64,000 nt of DNA from a bacterium (GCA_021785125.1 JAJYGF010000015.1:17482-81481), one strand, 5' to 3'; shown: positions 45,894 to 56,487, counted from the first letter of the stretch. The notes: generated by a model not told the origin, from the sequence alone. Made by a program: numbers and translations.

Positions 45894-47246
45894 TTACTGT
45901 TCAGTGTGGACGCGTTCAAGCGATTTGAAAGTCGTGGAACTTTCCTGGAAATAGAGGGAGATTTTTCCGATTGGTCCGTTTCTGTGCTTGGCAATGTGGA
46001 TTTCCACGATATTTTTGTTCGGCGTGTCCGGCTTTTCGCGGTCTTCACGATAGAGGAACATGACGACATCAGCATCTTGCTCGATGGATCCGGATTCGCG
46101 AAGATCGGACAGTTTCGGAATCTGCGGACTTCTGGCTTCGACGGCGCGGGACAGCTGGGACAAGGCTATGATCGGAATGTTGAGTTCGCGCGCCAGCTGT
46201 TTCAAGGCGCGGGAAATTTCGGAGATTTCATTGACGCGGTTGTCCCCGCCGGCCGAGCGTCCCTCCATAAGTTGCAGGTAGTCGATGATTATCACGCCGA
46301 CATTATGTTCCGATTGCAATCTTCTGGCCATCGTACGCATTTCCATAACATTGGCACTGCCGGCGTCGTCGATGTAGATAGGCGCTTCGCTTAAAATTCC
46401 CATGGCCTCGTTGATTTTCAAAAAATCCTCGTCTTTCATGTTGCCCGTACGTAATCGCCAAAGATCCACGTTTCCCTGCGCGGCCAGCATCCTATCGATC
46501 AATTGGTCGGAGCCCATTTCCAATGAGAATATTCCAACCGCTATTTTCTGTTGCACGGCGATTTGTCTGGCCAGATCCAGTGCCAGAGTGGTTTTTCCGA
46601 TAGACGGTCTGGCGGCCAGGATAATAAGATCCGATTTTTGGAAACCGGCCAAGATTTTATCCAGATCCGGATAGCCGGTCGGTACACCGCGCAATTTGTG
46701 GTCGCCTTTGTGCAATTCGTCGATACGGTTGAACGCTTCAGAAAGTATCGATCTGATAGGTATGAAATCCTGCTTGATATATTTCTGCGAAACGGAAAAA
46801 AGTTTCTGTTCGGCGGAGTCCAGAAGTTTTTCCACATCTTCTTCTTCTTTGTATCCCAATTCGACGATTTCGCTGGCGGCAATGATCAATTTTCGGAGCG
46901 TCGATTTTTTTTGGACCACTTTGGCATAGTGGGTGATGTTGGAACTGGAAGGCACGGAATTGACCAGCGATGTGAGATAGCTCGAGCCGCCGATCTGGTC
47001 CAATTGGTTCTTTTCTTCCAAGCGGTTGGAAAGCGACAACACGTCGATCGGTTCGCGCTTCTCATAGAGCTCGATCATGGCCTCATAGATCAGGTTGTGG
47101 TCATCTTTGTAGAAATCTCCCAAGCGGATCAAGTTGGCAACTTTGATGACGGCATCTTTGTCCAGCATCAAAGCGCCGAGAACGGATCTTTCGGCGTCGA
47201 TATTCTGCGGTGGAACCCGTAAATTTTCATTGGAAGATTTGCTCAT
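45894..47246 (-). CDS. dnaB: replicative DNA helicase
   Basis: 450 aa; N-terminal DnaB domain, Walker A ARPSIGKTTLAL, RecA-like core. Confidence 0.9.
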   Translation of the reverse strand: MSKSSNENLRVPPQNIDAERSVLGALMLDKDAVIKVANLIRLGDFYKDDHNLIYEAMIELYEKREPIDVLSLSNRLEEKNQLDQIGGSSYLTSLVNSVPSSSNITHYAKVVQKKSTLRKLIIAASEIVELGYKEEEDVEKLLDSAEQKLFSVSQKYIKQDFIPIRSILSEAFNRIDELHKGDHKLRGVPTGYPDLDKILAGFQKSDLIILAARPSIGKTTLALDLARQIAVQQKIAVGIFSLEMGSDQLIDRMLAAQGNVDLWRLRTGNMKDEDFLKINEAMGILSEAPIYIDDAGSANVMEMRTMARRLQSEHNVGVIIIDYLQLMEGRSAGGDNRVNEISEISRALKQLARELNIPIIALSQLSRAVEARSPQIPKLSDLRESGSIEQDADVVMFLYREDREKPDTPNKNIVEIHIAKHRNGPIGKISLYFQESSTTFKSLERVHTEQ

Positions 47247-47342
47247 AGTTATTCCATTATATCAGTCAAAAATAAATAAAGGCAACTGCAAGTACACCTT
47301 TAGTTATGCAGTCTTTATGAACATATTGACGAAAGTATTAAT

Positions 47343-48350
47343 TTATTTCAAAATATTTTTTATTTCCGCAACGCTTTTAGCTTGGACGAGCTGTTGGCGG
47401 AGAGCTGAAGCATTGGGGAAACCTTTGAAATACCAGGCTAGATGTTTTCTGATTTCGAACATGCCGAGATCACCTTTTGATTTATATAATAATTTTGCGT
47501 GTTGGATAGCGATTTTTTTGATAAATTTAAAATCGTATTTTGTAGGGACAAACCTCGTGTTTGTCCTTTTTTCGGATGTATTTTTTTGGACCGACACAAG
47601 GTCGGTCCCTACGGACAGCAATTCTTTTATCTCATCAAAAATCCACGGCCGGCCCCAAGTGCCACGAGCGATACCAAGTCCATCGATTGCTGGATGCTTT
47701 TTCAAAATTTCCACGGCCTGTTCCGGCGTGTTGATTCCGCCGTTGGCCAAGACGATTTTGTCCGGAATTATTTCTTTGATTTTTTCAACTATTTCAAAAT
47801 TAACTTCGCCATGGAAACTGCCTTCATAAGTGCGGCCATGCACCATGACAGCGGAGAAGGGAAGATCGTTGATGTTTTCGATGAAATGGATGGCAGTCGT
47901 GTCGCGGAGGCCAGCCCTGATTTTTATCGAGACAGGAAGATCTGTGTTTTCGCACACGGCGGAAATAATTTCGCGCGCCAATTCTTTCTGCGGCATCAAG
48001 GCGCAGCCCGAGCCGTGGCCGAAAACCTTCTTGGCCGGGCAGCCGAAATTGATGTCAATCCCGTCTGGCTTTATTTCCTTGGTTATAATCTGAGCGGCTT
48101 TGGCAAAATGCTTTGGATCCTTGCCGAAAAGTTGCACCACGTAAAAACCTTCCCTTTTTCGAGAAAAGGCGACCAGCTCCAGCGTTTTTTGAGGCTTGAA
48201 AAACAGCGCGCTGACACTGGACATTTCACTATAAGTCACGTCAGCCCCGTATTCGTGACAGATCTGCCGGAAAGCGCTGTCAGTGATGCCCGCCATCGGC
48301 GCCAATGCGAGGATTGGTTTTTTTAGTTTTGACCAAAAGTTTTGTTGCAT
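47343..48350 (-). CDS. dus: tRNA-dihydrouridine synthase
   Basis: LAPMAGITDSAFRQICHEYGADVTYSEM TIM-barrel FMN motif. Confidence 0.85.
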   Translation of the reverse strand: MQQNFWSKLKKPILALAPMAGITDSAFRQICHEYGADVTYSEMSSVSALFFKPQKTLELVAFSRKREGFYVVQLFGKDPKHFAKAAQIITKEIKPDGIDINFGCPAKKVFGHGSGCALMPQKELAREIISAVCENTDLPVSIKIRAGLRDTTAIHFIENINDLPFSAVMVHGRTYEGSFHGEVNFEIVEKIKEIIPDKIVLANGGINTPEQAVEILKKHPAIDGLGIARGTWGRPWIFDEIKELLSVGTDLVSVQKNTSEKRTNTRFVPTKYDFKFIKKIAIQHAKLLYKSKGDLGMFEIRKHLAWYFKGFPNASALRQQLVQAKSVAEIKNILK

Positions 48351-48488
48351 ATATTAAAATCCCCGAAGGGATTTTTCAAATTTTATAATTTTTTAATTTT
48401 GTAATTTTATAAATAAATCTAAATTTTCAATGATTAAACATTAGATATTTAGAAAATTATTTAAAAATTAAAAATTGGAAATTAAAAA

Positions 48489-48698
48489 TTAATTTTCCAG
48501 TATCCTGATATCTCCCTCCGGCGTCTCTTCAATTTGGTATCCGGCATCCAAGATGGCCTGTTTCAATTTTTCCATATCTTCATGGGAGATTTCGTGTCCG
48601 CTCGCGCTATGGTTATGTCCGCATCCACAGGCATGTTTTTCTGCGGTTTCATCTTCATTGTGATGGCAATGTCCGCAGCCGCAAGAATCGTGTGTCAT
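48489..48698 (-). CDS. 69-aa Cys/His-rich putative metal-binding micro-protein, translationally coupled to cysS
   Basis: [39 protein letters not shown]...; start codon overlaps cysS stop (shared coordinate 48698). Confidence 0.5.
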   Translation of the reverse strand: MTHDSCGCGHCHHNEDETAEKHACGCGHNHSASGHEISHEDMEKLKQAILDAGYQIEETPEGDIRILEN

Positions 48699-50158
48699 TA
48701 TTTTTTCCCACCACGTCGGGCGGGCTTGATTATATAATTATTATTTCTTGTATCTTCTATGATATAGCCCAATTTGTCAATCGCGTCGCGCAGCTCGTCC
48801 GATTTCCGGAAGTCCTTATTTTCTCGGGCGACCTTTCTTTCTTCGGCCAGAGCCTTGATTTCTTTCGGAATTTCAATGACTTCCAATTTTAATCCTAAAA
48901 TCCTGGCAAAAATTTCAAGCAGTTTTTTGGCTTTACCCGGATTGCCGAGCAGATTTTCATCCATCAGCTTGTTGGCGTCGCTTGCGAATTCAAAAACGAC
49001 AGACAGAGCTTTGGGCGTATTGAGATCGTCATCTATGGCTTTTTCGAAATCTTTCCTGTACTTGCCCGTTGTCATGTTGGAAAGTTTGTCGCTTCCGGTG
49101 ATTTTGTGGTCGAGCAATCGTGCATAAAAATTATTTAAAGCTGTCAGATTGGCTTCAGCTTGATCCATGGCGGTCCAGGTGAAATTCATCTGGCTGCGAT
49201 AATGGGCGGACAGGATTGCCATGCGCAGATCCATCGGGGAATAACCCTTTTCTTTAATATCGGACAAGGTATAGAAGTTACCTTTGGATTTCGACATCTT
49301 TTCGCCATCCGCCAAAAGATGTCGCGTGTGGATCCAGTAATTGACGAATTTGGCTCCGCTGTAGCATTCTGACTGGGCGATTTCCGCTTCATGGTGAGGA
49401 AATATGTTATCTTCGCCGCCGGTGTGGATATCGATCGTGTCGCCGAGGTATTGCATGCTCATGGCGGAACACTCGATGTGCCAGCCCGGATAACCCACGG
49501 ACCACGGCGAATCCCATTTCATGATGTGATTGGCGGGAGCTTTCAGCCATAAAGCGAAGTCCCAAGGATTTTTTTTGTCCGGATGCTCTTCCAATCGGGC
49601 GCCGACTTTCAAGTTTTCCAGCGTGTTGCCGGAAAGTTTTCCGTATTCCGGAAATTTGGTCACGTCAAAGAATACGTTGCCATTCTTTTCGTATGCATAA
49701 CCTTTTTCCAAAAGGCCTTGGATCAATTTGATCATTTCTTGGATGTGGGCGGAAGCGCGCGGAAAATAATTCGCCGGCAAAATATTCATCTCCTTTTCTG
49801 TCTCTTTGAAAATTCCTTCGTAAAAACGCGCGATTTCTTCCGGAGTCTTATGCTCCTTTTTGGCTTTTTTCTCGATTTTGTCTTCGCCGGTGTCGCCCTG
49901 ATCCAGATCGTCGTTGGTCAGGTGTCCGACGTCGGTGACGTTTTTGATCTGGCGGACTTCATAACCCAGATATTCCAGATAGCGGCGCAAGACGTCGGGC
50001 GTGACAAAAGTGCGGATGTTGCCGATATGGATGAAATCATAAACCGTCGGCCCGCAAGTGTACATGCTTGCTTTGCCCGGATTAATCGGAGCAAATTCTT
50101 CTTTGGTTTTGGAAAGGGTATTGTAGAGCTTAAGCATTATAGGATTTATAATTTTCAA
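48698..50158 (-). CDS. cysS: cysteine--tRNA ligase
   Basis: HIGN ([10 protein letters not shown]) and KMSKS motifs, zinc-binding Cys; 486 aa. Confidence 0.9.
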   Translation of the reverse strand: MKIINPIMLKLYNTLSKTKEEFAPINPGKASMYTCGPTVYDFIHIGNIRTFVTPDVLRRYLEYLGYEVRQIKNVTDVGHLTNDDLDQGDTGEDKIEKKAKKEHKTPEEIARFYEGIFKETEKEMNILPANYFPRASAHIQEMIKLIQGLLEKGYAYEKNGNVFFDVTKFPEYGKLSGNTLENLKVGARLEEHPDKKNPWDFALWLKAPANHIMKWDSPWSVGYPGWHIECSAMSMQYLGDTIDIHTGGEDNIFPHHEAEIAQSECYSGAKFVNYWIHTRHLLADGEKMSKSKGNFYTLSDIKEKGYSPMDLRMAILSAHYRSQMNFTWTAMDQAEANLTALNNFYARLLDHKITGSDKLSNMTTGKYRKDFEKAIDDDLNTPKALSVVFEFASDANKLMDENLLGNPGKAKKLLEIFARILGLKLEVIEIPKEIKALAEERKVARENKDFRKSDELRDAIDKLGYIIEDTRNNNYIIKPARRGGKK

Positions 50159-50245
50159 TTATTAATTTTTAAACAATTTCTAATTTAAAAATTTTATAAA
50201 TTATTAATTGTTTGAAAATTGAAAATTAATACTTGAAAATTTTAT

Positions 50246-51154
50246 TTAGAGCCATTTTTTGATCTTGAAAACTATCACGGTAATCGTTCCGATTACGAAC
50301 ATTATGCTCAAATGGATCCAGAAAGCGTACGGATTGTCGCCGAAAGGGATATGGGCGCTCATGGCCAAAATGTTGGAATATACGGTCAATGGCAGCAATA
50401 CGGCCGAAAAGATCGTCAAAACTTTCATTATCATGTTAAGCTTGTTTGAAAGCAGGGAATTGTTGGTGTCTTCCAATGATTCGATTGTTTCTTTGGCGCT
50501 TTCCAATGAGTTCCAGACTCTGATATTGGTGCCGATGAGGTCTTGGAAATATGGCCTCAGCTCCTGGTCGATCAATCTGTAGCCGCCCTGGGCCAATGAC
50601 TCGATGACTGATCTTTGCGGCTTCAGGGTTCTTCTGAAATTCAAAATGTCCCGTTTGACTATGGAAATTTCCAGAACCATCTCTTTCTCGTGTCCGGCGA
50701 AGATTTCCGTTTCGATGCGGTCTATTTTTTTGGAAATATGGTCCAATTTCGGAAAACAGGACTCCAAAAGCATTTCGATGACATGACGCAGTAGCGTGGC
50801 TGGCGTGGCATTCATATATTGCCCCCGTTTTTTCTTGTCGTTTTTCAGGTCATTGAGAAATTCCGTCAATTGCCAAATATCTTCATCATGGGCGGTGATC
50901 AGGGCGTCTGCGGTTATTACTATGTCCAATTCGCCCGGATAGGTGGTTTTCAGGTTCGTATCGAACAGCGGCACATGGATCGTCAAAAAAAGACAACCGT
51001 CAAATTCAATAGCCTTGGGCCGCAGGGTCGGCGTGGAAAACTCTTCCACGACCAGAGGATGCAGGTTGAATTTTTTCTGTATCTTAAGCACGTCGTCCGC
51101 ATCCGGTTCGCGGATGTCGATCCAGGAAAATTTGTCCGATTTTATCTGTTGCAT
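50246..51154 (-). CDS. CorA-family divalent cation transporter with non-canonical signature (GMN position reads AMS)
   Basis: large cytoplasmic N-domain + two C-terminal TM; LTIFSAVLLPLTVYSNILAMSAH aligns to CorA LTxxTxxFxPLTxxxGIYGMNF. Confidence 0.6.
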   Translation of the reverse strand: MQQIKSDKFSWIDIREPDADDVLKIQKKFNLHPLVVEEFSTPTLRPKAIEFDGCLFLTIHVPLFDTNLKTTYPGELDIVITADALITAHDEDIWQLTEFLNDLKNDKKKRGQYMNATPATLLRHVIEMLLESCFPKLDHISKKIDRIETEIFAGHEKEMVLEISIVKRDILNFRRTLKPQRSVIESLAQGGYRLIDQELRPYFQDLIGTNIRVWNSLESAKETIESLEDTNNSLLSNKLNMIMKVLTIFSAVLLPLTVYSNILAMSAHIPFGDNPYAFWIHLSIMFVIGTITVIVFKIKKWL

Positions 51155-51246
51155 AGGGTTGCTATTTTTTATTTTGCTATGCCGTTAATTATATTGTAAA
51201 AACGGTCGATTGACAAAAAATTTTGCAAATGGTTTAATTTATTCTA

Positions 51247-51492
51247 ATGAAAAAGGCTTTCTTGTTTCTGATAAGAATCTATCAGAAAACAATTTCAATC
51301 GACCATGGAGTGCCCAGTATGTTTTTGCATACGACTGGTTGTCGGTTTCATCCGACTTGTTCGGAATATACGTACCAGGCGATCGAAAGATTCGGAATTT
51401 TGAAAGGAATTCAGCTGGGATCGAAAAGGGTGATCCGGTGCCATCCGTGGAACGACGGCGGATATGATCCAGTGCCGGAGAAGAAAAAATAA
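51247..51492 (+). CDS. yidD: membrane protein insertion efficiency factor YidD
   Basis: [23 protein letters not shown]...[14 protein letters not shown]. Confidence 0.85.
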   Translation: MKKAFLFLIRIYQKTISIDHGVPSMFLHTTGCRFHPTCSEYTYQAIERFGILKGIQLGSKRVIRCHPWNDGGYDPVPEKKK

Positions 51493-51522
51493 TTTTTTGT
51501 ATCGGAGACTAAGATAATCAAA

Positions 51523-51556
51523 CCCGCTGGGAGTATTATCCCGGCGGGTTTTTTGC
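51523..51556 (+). terminator. intrinsic terminator CCCGCTGGGA..TCCCGGCGGG + T6
   Basis: read directly. Confidence 0.6.
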
Positions 51557-51571
51557 TTTTTTAAGCGGCAT

Positions 51572-51599
51572 TTGACAGTTTGGAAATAGGCGCTAAAAT
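51572..51599 (+). promoter_or_regulatory. sigma70-like promoter TTGACA-16-TAAAAT for hrcA operon
   Basis: immediately upstream of CIRCE. Confidence 0.55.
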
Positions 51600-51604
51600 A
51601 CTAA

Positions 51605-51631
51605 TTAGCACTCGGACTTGACGAGTGCTAA
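51605..51631 (+). promoter_or_regulatory. CIRCE operator TTAGCACTC-N9-GAGTGCTAA (HrcA binding site)
   Basis: perfect match to CIRCE consensus, 21 nt upstream of hrcA ATG. Confidence 0.9.
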
Positions 51632-51652
51632 GGAGCAATATATAATATATTT

Positions 51653-52393
51653 ATGAACAAAAGACAACAAGAAATTCTGGCCGCCGTTATTGAAGAATAT
51701 ACTAATTCCGCCGTGCCGGTCGGCTCCAAAATTTTAGTGGAAAAATATAAATTTGAGATGAGCCCGGCTACCATGCGCAGCGATATGGCCAAGCTGGAAA
51801 ATGAAGGGTATCTGCATCAACCGCACATCAGTGCCGGAAGGATTCCGACCGACAAGGGCTACAAATTTTTTGTTGAAGAGATCATGGGCGATCAAGAGTT
51901 GAGCCTGTCCGAACAGAAAAGATTGCAAGCCGAACTTCTGAAATTGAAGGCCCAACATCAGAGACTTTCCAGAACGACTGCCAAACTGCTTTCTTCACTT
52001 TCCGGCAATCTGGCTATCAGCACCATCGAGAAGGATTTTGCCGACTTCGGTATCCGGGAGCTTTTGGACAAGCCGGAATTCCAAGAGATAGACGAGTTTT
52101 GCAAAGTGGCCGAAGCCTTGGACTATATCGATGAAAATGTCGATTCAATACTGGCGAACGTGAAAGAAAATGAAACCAGGATTTTTATCGGCAAAGATAA
52201 TCCGATCAAAGGTATCTCGAACTGTTCCATGATCGTTTCTCCTTACAAGACCAAGGCTGGTGAAAAGGGAGTGCTGGCTATCATCGGTCCGAAACGCATG
52301 AGATACGCCAAGAACAAATCTTTGGTGGATTATGTCAAGAAACTCCTGAGCGCGTCTGCTGTATTAATAATATTAATAAATCTATATAGATAA
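51653..52393 (+). CDS. hrcA: heat-inducible transcription repressor HrcA (short form)
   Basis: MNKRQQEILAAVIEEYTNSAVPVGSKIL... winged-helix N-domain; 246 aa. Confidence 0.85.
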   Translation: MNKRQQEILAAVIEEYTNSAVPVGSKILVEKYKFEMSPATMRSDMAKLENEGYLHQPHISAGRIPTDKGYKFFVEEIMGDQELSLSEQKRLQAELLKLKAQHQRLSRTTAKLLSSLSGNLAISTIEKDFADFGIRELLDKPEFQEIDEFCKVAEALDYIDENVDSILANVKENETRIFIGKDNPIKGISNCSMIVSPYKTKAGEKGVLAIIGPKRMRYAKNKSLVDYVKKLLSASAVLIILINLYR

Positions 52394-52399
52394 ATTAAA

Positions 52400-52990
52400 A
52401 TGATCACCAATAAAGACAAAAAAGAAATGAGCGAAAAAATGGAACAAGAGAAAAAATTTAAAGAAAAAGAAGCTGCCGATGAGGCCGTGGAAAGCGCGGA
52501 AGAAATAGAAGAGGCGGAGACGAAACCTGAGCCGGAAGATGTTGAAACAAAGGCGGCCGAGTATCTGGATGGTTGGAAGAGATGTCAGGCGGATTTTGAA
52601 AACTACAAAAAACGTCAAGCTGATTCACAGAAAGATTTGTTGCGGTATTCGACGCAGAATGTGATCATGCAGATTCTTCCAGTGGTGGATAATTTCCATG
52701 CTTCGACCGACCATATTCCCGAGGCGCAGAAAAATGATCCATGGGTAGTCGGCATCATGCATATCCAGAAACAGTTGGAACAGGTTTTGTCCGACAATGG
52801 CGTGGAAGAGATCGATGTGAAAGTGGGAGATAATTTCGATCCGGGCATGCATGAGGCGGTGGAAGACATGGAATGCAAGTCGTGCAAGAGCAAAGATTAC
52901 AAATTCCAGAATAAGATCAAGCGCGTGGCAGTGAAAGGATACAAAATGGGAGACAGAGTGATCCGCGCGGCCAGAGTGATTGTTGAATAA
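52400..52990 (+). CDS. grpE: nucleotide exchange factor GrpE
   Basis: acidic N-terminus, WKRCQADFENYKKR, C-terminal beta domain. Confidence 0.85.
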   Translation: MITNKDKKEMSEKMEQEKKFKEKEAADEAVESAEEIEEAETKPEPEDVETKAAEYLDGWKRCQADFENYKKRQADSQKDLLRYSTQNVIMQILPVVDNFHASTDHIPEAQKNDPWVVGIMHIQKQLEQVLSDNGVEEIDVKVGDNFDPGMHEAVEDMECKSCKSKDYKFQNKIKRVAVKGYKMGDRVIRAARVIVE

Positions 52991-52995
52991 GGTGG

Positions 52996-53071
52996 TAGCT
53001 TCTTTAGCTGCATTAGCTTCATTAGGAAATCAATCTAACGAAGCTAAATAGCTGATGAAGCTAATAAGCTA
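52996..53071. repeat. long imperfect inverted repeat (arms ~30 nt, GCTTC/TTAGCT-rich) right after grpE stop
   Basis: TAGCTTCTTTAGCTGCATTAGCTTCATTAGG ... CTAACGAAGCTAAATAGCTGATGAAGCTAATAAGCTA. Confidence 0.5.
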
Positions 53072-53153
53072 AAATGTACTTTGAAATAGAAAAGAGCCAA
53101 TCTTGATAGATCAGCTCTTGAAGATGATGGGCGCGATTGTATCGTTAGCTGGC

Positions 53154-53381
53154 TTATATGCCGGCGAGGATGTCGTCAGGAATAAGCTTGGACTTGCGTA
53201 AAGTCTCGAGCTCTTCTTTGAAGACGTGGATGCTGTCGGTAAGGGTTTTCTTCAGTCTTGTTTCCAGGTTATTGATAATGCCTCTTAATTTCTTCCGTTT
53301 CGGATGATCCTTGGTGAGGTTGCTGTTTATGGCTTCGATGATGCTTGTGGCAGTTGTTGCGGGAACCGATTTCTTGGACAT
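53154..53381 (-). CDS. hypothetical 75-aa protein
   Basis: ORF in grpE-dnaK spacer on opposite strand. Confidence 0.35.
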   Translation of the reverse strand: MSKKSVPATTATSIIEAINSNLTKDHPKRKKLRGIINNLETRLKKTLTDSIHVFKEELETLRKSKLIPDDILAGI

Positions 53382-53520
53382 ACATGTCTCCCTGTTTTGA
53401 TTTGTTTATAAAAGTGCGCCCATTGAAAAAGAATGTAGCATAAACAAAGGTTAAAGTCAAGGCAAAGAAAAAAAAGGCACCTGGGGGTGCCTTATAAAGA
53501 AAATGGGAGTAACCATTAAA

Positions 53521-53853
53521 TTATGGCTCTCCGCGAGTTCCGCGAAGATAAGCCTCTATGCTTGGAATGTTAAATCCGCATTGCATTATGGCTTCTTCGA
53601 GCCTACTGGGATCTTCATTGCGAAATTTCTCTTTGATTTCATTTTTGACTTTTTCTATTGCCGGATCAGCCATCTTAATTTCACCTCCTCTAAATTCTGG
53701 AAACCAGTCGTTTACTATTTCATCAGGTATATGTATGTAGGGAGGAAGGCCATTATAGAAAAACACGCATTTTGAAGATGTGTCCCCACATCTGTAAGAA
53801 AAGAAACGCAATTTATTCTCATGATGCCCTCCTTTCAAAGTTAAAAGTGCCAA
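53521..53853 (-). CDS. hypothetical protein (start uncertain)
   Basis: 110-aa ORF; no recognisable motif. Confidence 0.3.
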   Translation of the reverse strand: MALLTLKGGHHENKLRFFSYRCGDTSSKCVFFYNGLPPYIHIPDEIVNDWFPEFRGGEIKMADPAIEKVKNEIKEKFRNEDPSRLEEAIMQCGFNIPSIEAYLRGTRGEP

Positions 53854-53958
53854 TAAAAGTATATTCCAAACAAAAAAACTGTCAAATTATTCTTCCAGTT
53901 TTCTAGAGACGTTTAGAAAATTGGAATAAATAATTTGTTAATAATAACCAAAAAACAT

Positions 53959-55860
53959 ATGGGAAAAGTATTAGGAATCGACCTGGGAACTACCAACTCC
54001 GCGATGGCGGTGGTTGAAGGCGGTTCTCCTGTCATCATCGAGAACAAGGAAGGTATGCGAACCACTCCTTCGATGGTGGCAACTTCCAAAACCGGTGAAA
54101 GACTGGTCGGACTTTTGGCCAAGCGCCAAGCGGTGACCAATCCGGAAAACACATTGTTTTCGATCAAGCGTCTGATCGGACGTCATTTCGATGACGCGGA
54201 AGTTCAACGCGACATGAAAACCATGCCGTACAAGATCGTGAAAGGTAATGGCGGTTCGAAAGTTTTGATGGGCGGCAAAGAATACACTCCGCAGGAAATT
54301 TCCGCGATGATTCTTTCCAAACTGAAAGCTGATGCGGAAGAAAAACTGGGACAGAAGATCGACGAAGCGGTCATCACCGTTCCGGCCTATTTCGACGACT
54401 CACAGAGAAAGGCGACCAAGGAGGCTGGTGAAATTGCGGGCTTGAAAGTTCTGCGAATCATCAATGAACCGACTGCGGCCGCTTTGGCATACGGATTCAA
54501 CAAGAAGAAAGATGAAAAGATCGCGGTCTATGACCTTGGTGGAGGAACTTTCGACATTTCAATCTTGGAAGTTTCCGAAGACACGGTTGAAGTGAAATCA
54601 ACCAACGGTGACACGCACCTTGGAGGAGATGACTTCGACCAAGTGATCATCCATTGGATCATCGATGAATTCAAAAAACAGGAAGGCGTCGATCTGTCGA
54701 AAGATCCTTTGGCATTGCAACGTATCAAGGAATCGGCGGAAAAAGCCAAGATCGAACTTTCAACCGCGATGGAAACTGAAATCAACCAACCTTTCATCAC
54801 GGCTGATGCGACCGGTCCGAAACACTTGGTGATGAAACTGACTCGCGCCAAGATGGAAGAATTGGTTGGAGATTTGGTGCAAAAGACTTTGGAACCGACC
54901 AAGAAAGCTTTGGCGGATGCGAAACTGGCAGTAGCTGACATCAATGAAGTCGTTCTGGTCGGAGGTATGACCAGAATGCCATTGGTGATCCAAACTGTTG
55001 AAAAATTCTTCGGCAAAAAACCGAACATTTCTGTGAACCCGGATGAAGTTGTGGCGCTCGGTGCCGCGATCCAAGGCGGAGTTTTACAAGGCGATGTGAA
55101 GGACGTTCTTCTTTTGGATGTCACTCCGTTGACTTTGGGAATTGAAACTTTGGGAGGAGTGAGAACGCCGCTCATCGAAAGAAACACGACTGTGCCGACT
55201 GCCAAATCTCAAACATTCTCAACTGCAGTGGACAATCAGCCGTCTGTCGAGATCCATGTCTTGCAAGGTGAGCGTGAAATGGCCGCTGACAACAAGACTT
55301 TGGGAAGATTCATTTTGGACGGAATCCCACCGGCTCCACGCGGCATCCCACAGATCGAAGTCACATTCGACATTGATGCCAACGGAATCTTGTCCGTCAA
55401 AGCCAAAGACAAAGCGACCGGCAAAGAGCAATCAATTCGTATCGAAGCTTCCACCGGACTTTCCAAGGATGAGATTGAACGGATGAAGAAAGACGCGGAA
55501 GCGCACGCCGAAGAGGACAAGAAGAAGAAAGAAGCAGTGGAAACCAAGAATATGGCGGACACGCTGATCTTCACCACGGAAAAAGCTTTGCGCGAAGCTG
55601 GCGACAAGATTTCGGCTGACAAGAAAAAACCGGTTGAAGAAAAGATTGAAGCTTTGAAAAAAGTGAAGGATTCTGATGATATTGAAGCGATCAAGAAAGC
55701 TACAGAAGAGCTTTCACAAGAAGCGCAAAAGATCGGCCAGGAATTGTATCAGGCCGCTCAAGCCGCCCAAGGCGGAGCTCAGCCAGGAGGTGAACAACCA
55801 AAAGAAGGTGAAGCACCGAAAGATGCTGAAACTGAGAAGCCGGAAGACAAAAAAGAATAA
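53959..55860 (+). CDS. dnaK: molecular chaperone DnaK (Hsp70)
   Basis: [18 protein letters not shown]..., all Hsp70 signatures; ORF track TTG start 53935 is upstream extension. Confidence 0.95.
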   Translation: MGKVLGIDLGTTNSAMAVVEGGSPVIIENKEGMRTTPSMVATSKTGERLVGLLAKRQAVTNPENTLFSIKRLIGRHFDDAEVQRDMKTMPYKIVKGNGGSKVLMGGKEYTPQEISAMILSKLKADAEEKLGQKIDEAVITVPAYFDDSQRKATKEAGEIAGLKVLRIINEPTAAALAYGFNKKKDEKIAVYDLGGGTFDISILEVSEDTVEVKSTNGDTHLGGDDFDQVIIHWIIDEFKKQEGVDLSKDPLALQRIKESAEKAKIELSTAMETEINQPFITADATGPKHLVMKLTRAKMEELVGDLVQKTLEPTKKALADAKLAVADINEVVLVGGMTRMPLVIQTVEKFFGKKPNISVNPDEVVALGAAIQGGVLQGDVKDVLLLDVTPLTLGIETLGGVRTPLIERNTTVPTAKSQTFSTAVDNQPSVEIHVLQGEREMAADNKTLGRFILDGIPPAPRGIPQIEVTFDIDANGILSVKAKDKATGKEQSIRIEASTGLSKDEIERMKKDAEAHAEEDKKKKEAVETKNMADTLIFTTEKALREAGDKISADKKKPVEEKIEALKKVKDSDDIEAIKKATEELSQEAQKIGQELYQAAQAAQGGAQPGGEQPKEGEAPKDAETEKPEDKKE

Positions 55861-55867
55861 CAAACTT

Positions 55868-55898
55868 TAAAAAGAGCGGGGCACTTAGCCTCGCTCTT
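55868..55898 (+). terminator. intrinsic terminator AAGAGCGG..CCTCGCTCTT + TTGTG
   Basis: read directly after dnaK stop. Confidence 0.5.
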
Positions 55899-55908
55899 TG
55901 TGAAAATT

Positions 55909-56196
55909 ATGGAAGAAAACAAAGAAAAAGAAGATGTGTATAAAAGTGGTGACAAAAATTTCAGTATTAGTGCAGGAGATGGTCAATTGGGTGAAAGGAT
56001 AAATGGTTTGGAGAAAATCTTATTAGAAAAGGAAAAAAGAATTGATATTGAAGTAGGTGGTTTAAAAGAAAAAATGAAGAATATAGAAAACAGAGTAGAG
56101 AAGGTTGAGGATAGGAAGTATGATATAATAAAAACGATTATTCTTGCAGTAGTAACATTTTTTATGGGGTATTTTCTTAATTCATTAAAAAAATAA
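55909..56196 (+). CDS. coiled-coil protein with C-terminal TM anchor
   Basis: MEENKEKEDVYK...; C-terminal IIKTIILAVVTFFMGYFL. Confidence 0.45.
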   Translation: MEENKEKEDVYKSGDKNFSISAGDGQLGERINGLEKILLEKEKRIDIEVGGLKEKMKNIENRVEKVEDRKYDIIKTIILAVVTFFMGYFLNSLKK

Positions 56197-56202
56197 AATT
56201 AT

Positions 56203-56487
56203 ATGGAACAAATACAACAGCAAATTCAAATCAAGGCGAGCGATGAAAAGTTAAAGGGAGAGTATTCAAATGTAATGCAGATTCTTCACACAAAAGAAGA
56301 ATTTGTGTTGGATTTTATGAATGTGTTTCCGCCAACCGGAACTTTAAACTCAAGGGTTATTCTTTCCCCAGGACACTTCAAAAGAATGGTTAGTGCAATG
56401 GAAGAAAATCTAAAAAAGTATGAGGAAGTCAATGGGCCGATAGAAGTTGCAGAGGCACCAAAAAGCGGAATAGGATTTCAAGGGTAA
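56203..56487 (+). CDS. DUF3467-family protein
   Basis: YSNVMQILHTKEEFVLDFMNVFPP...SRVILSPGHFKRMVSAMEENLKKYEE pattern recalled for DUF3467; terminator AGCGGGG-ATTGA-CCCCGCTTTT follows. Confidence 0.55.
   Translation: MEQIQQQIQIKASDEKLKGEYSNVMQILHTKEEFVLDFMNVFPPTGTLNSRVILSPGHFKRMVSAMEENLKKYEEVNGPIEVAEAPKSGIGFQG

Noticed and set aside
53935-53958. TTG-initiated N-terminal extension of dnaK (MLIITKKH..)
   Set aside because: The canonical Hsp70 N-terminus [14 protein letters not shown] begins at ATG 53959, so the upstream extension is unlikely to be translated.
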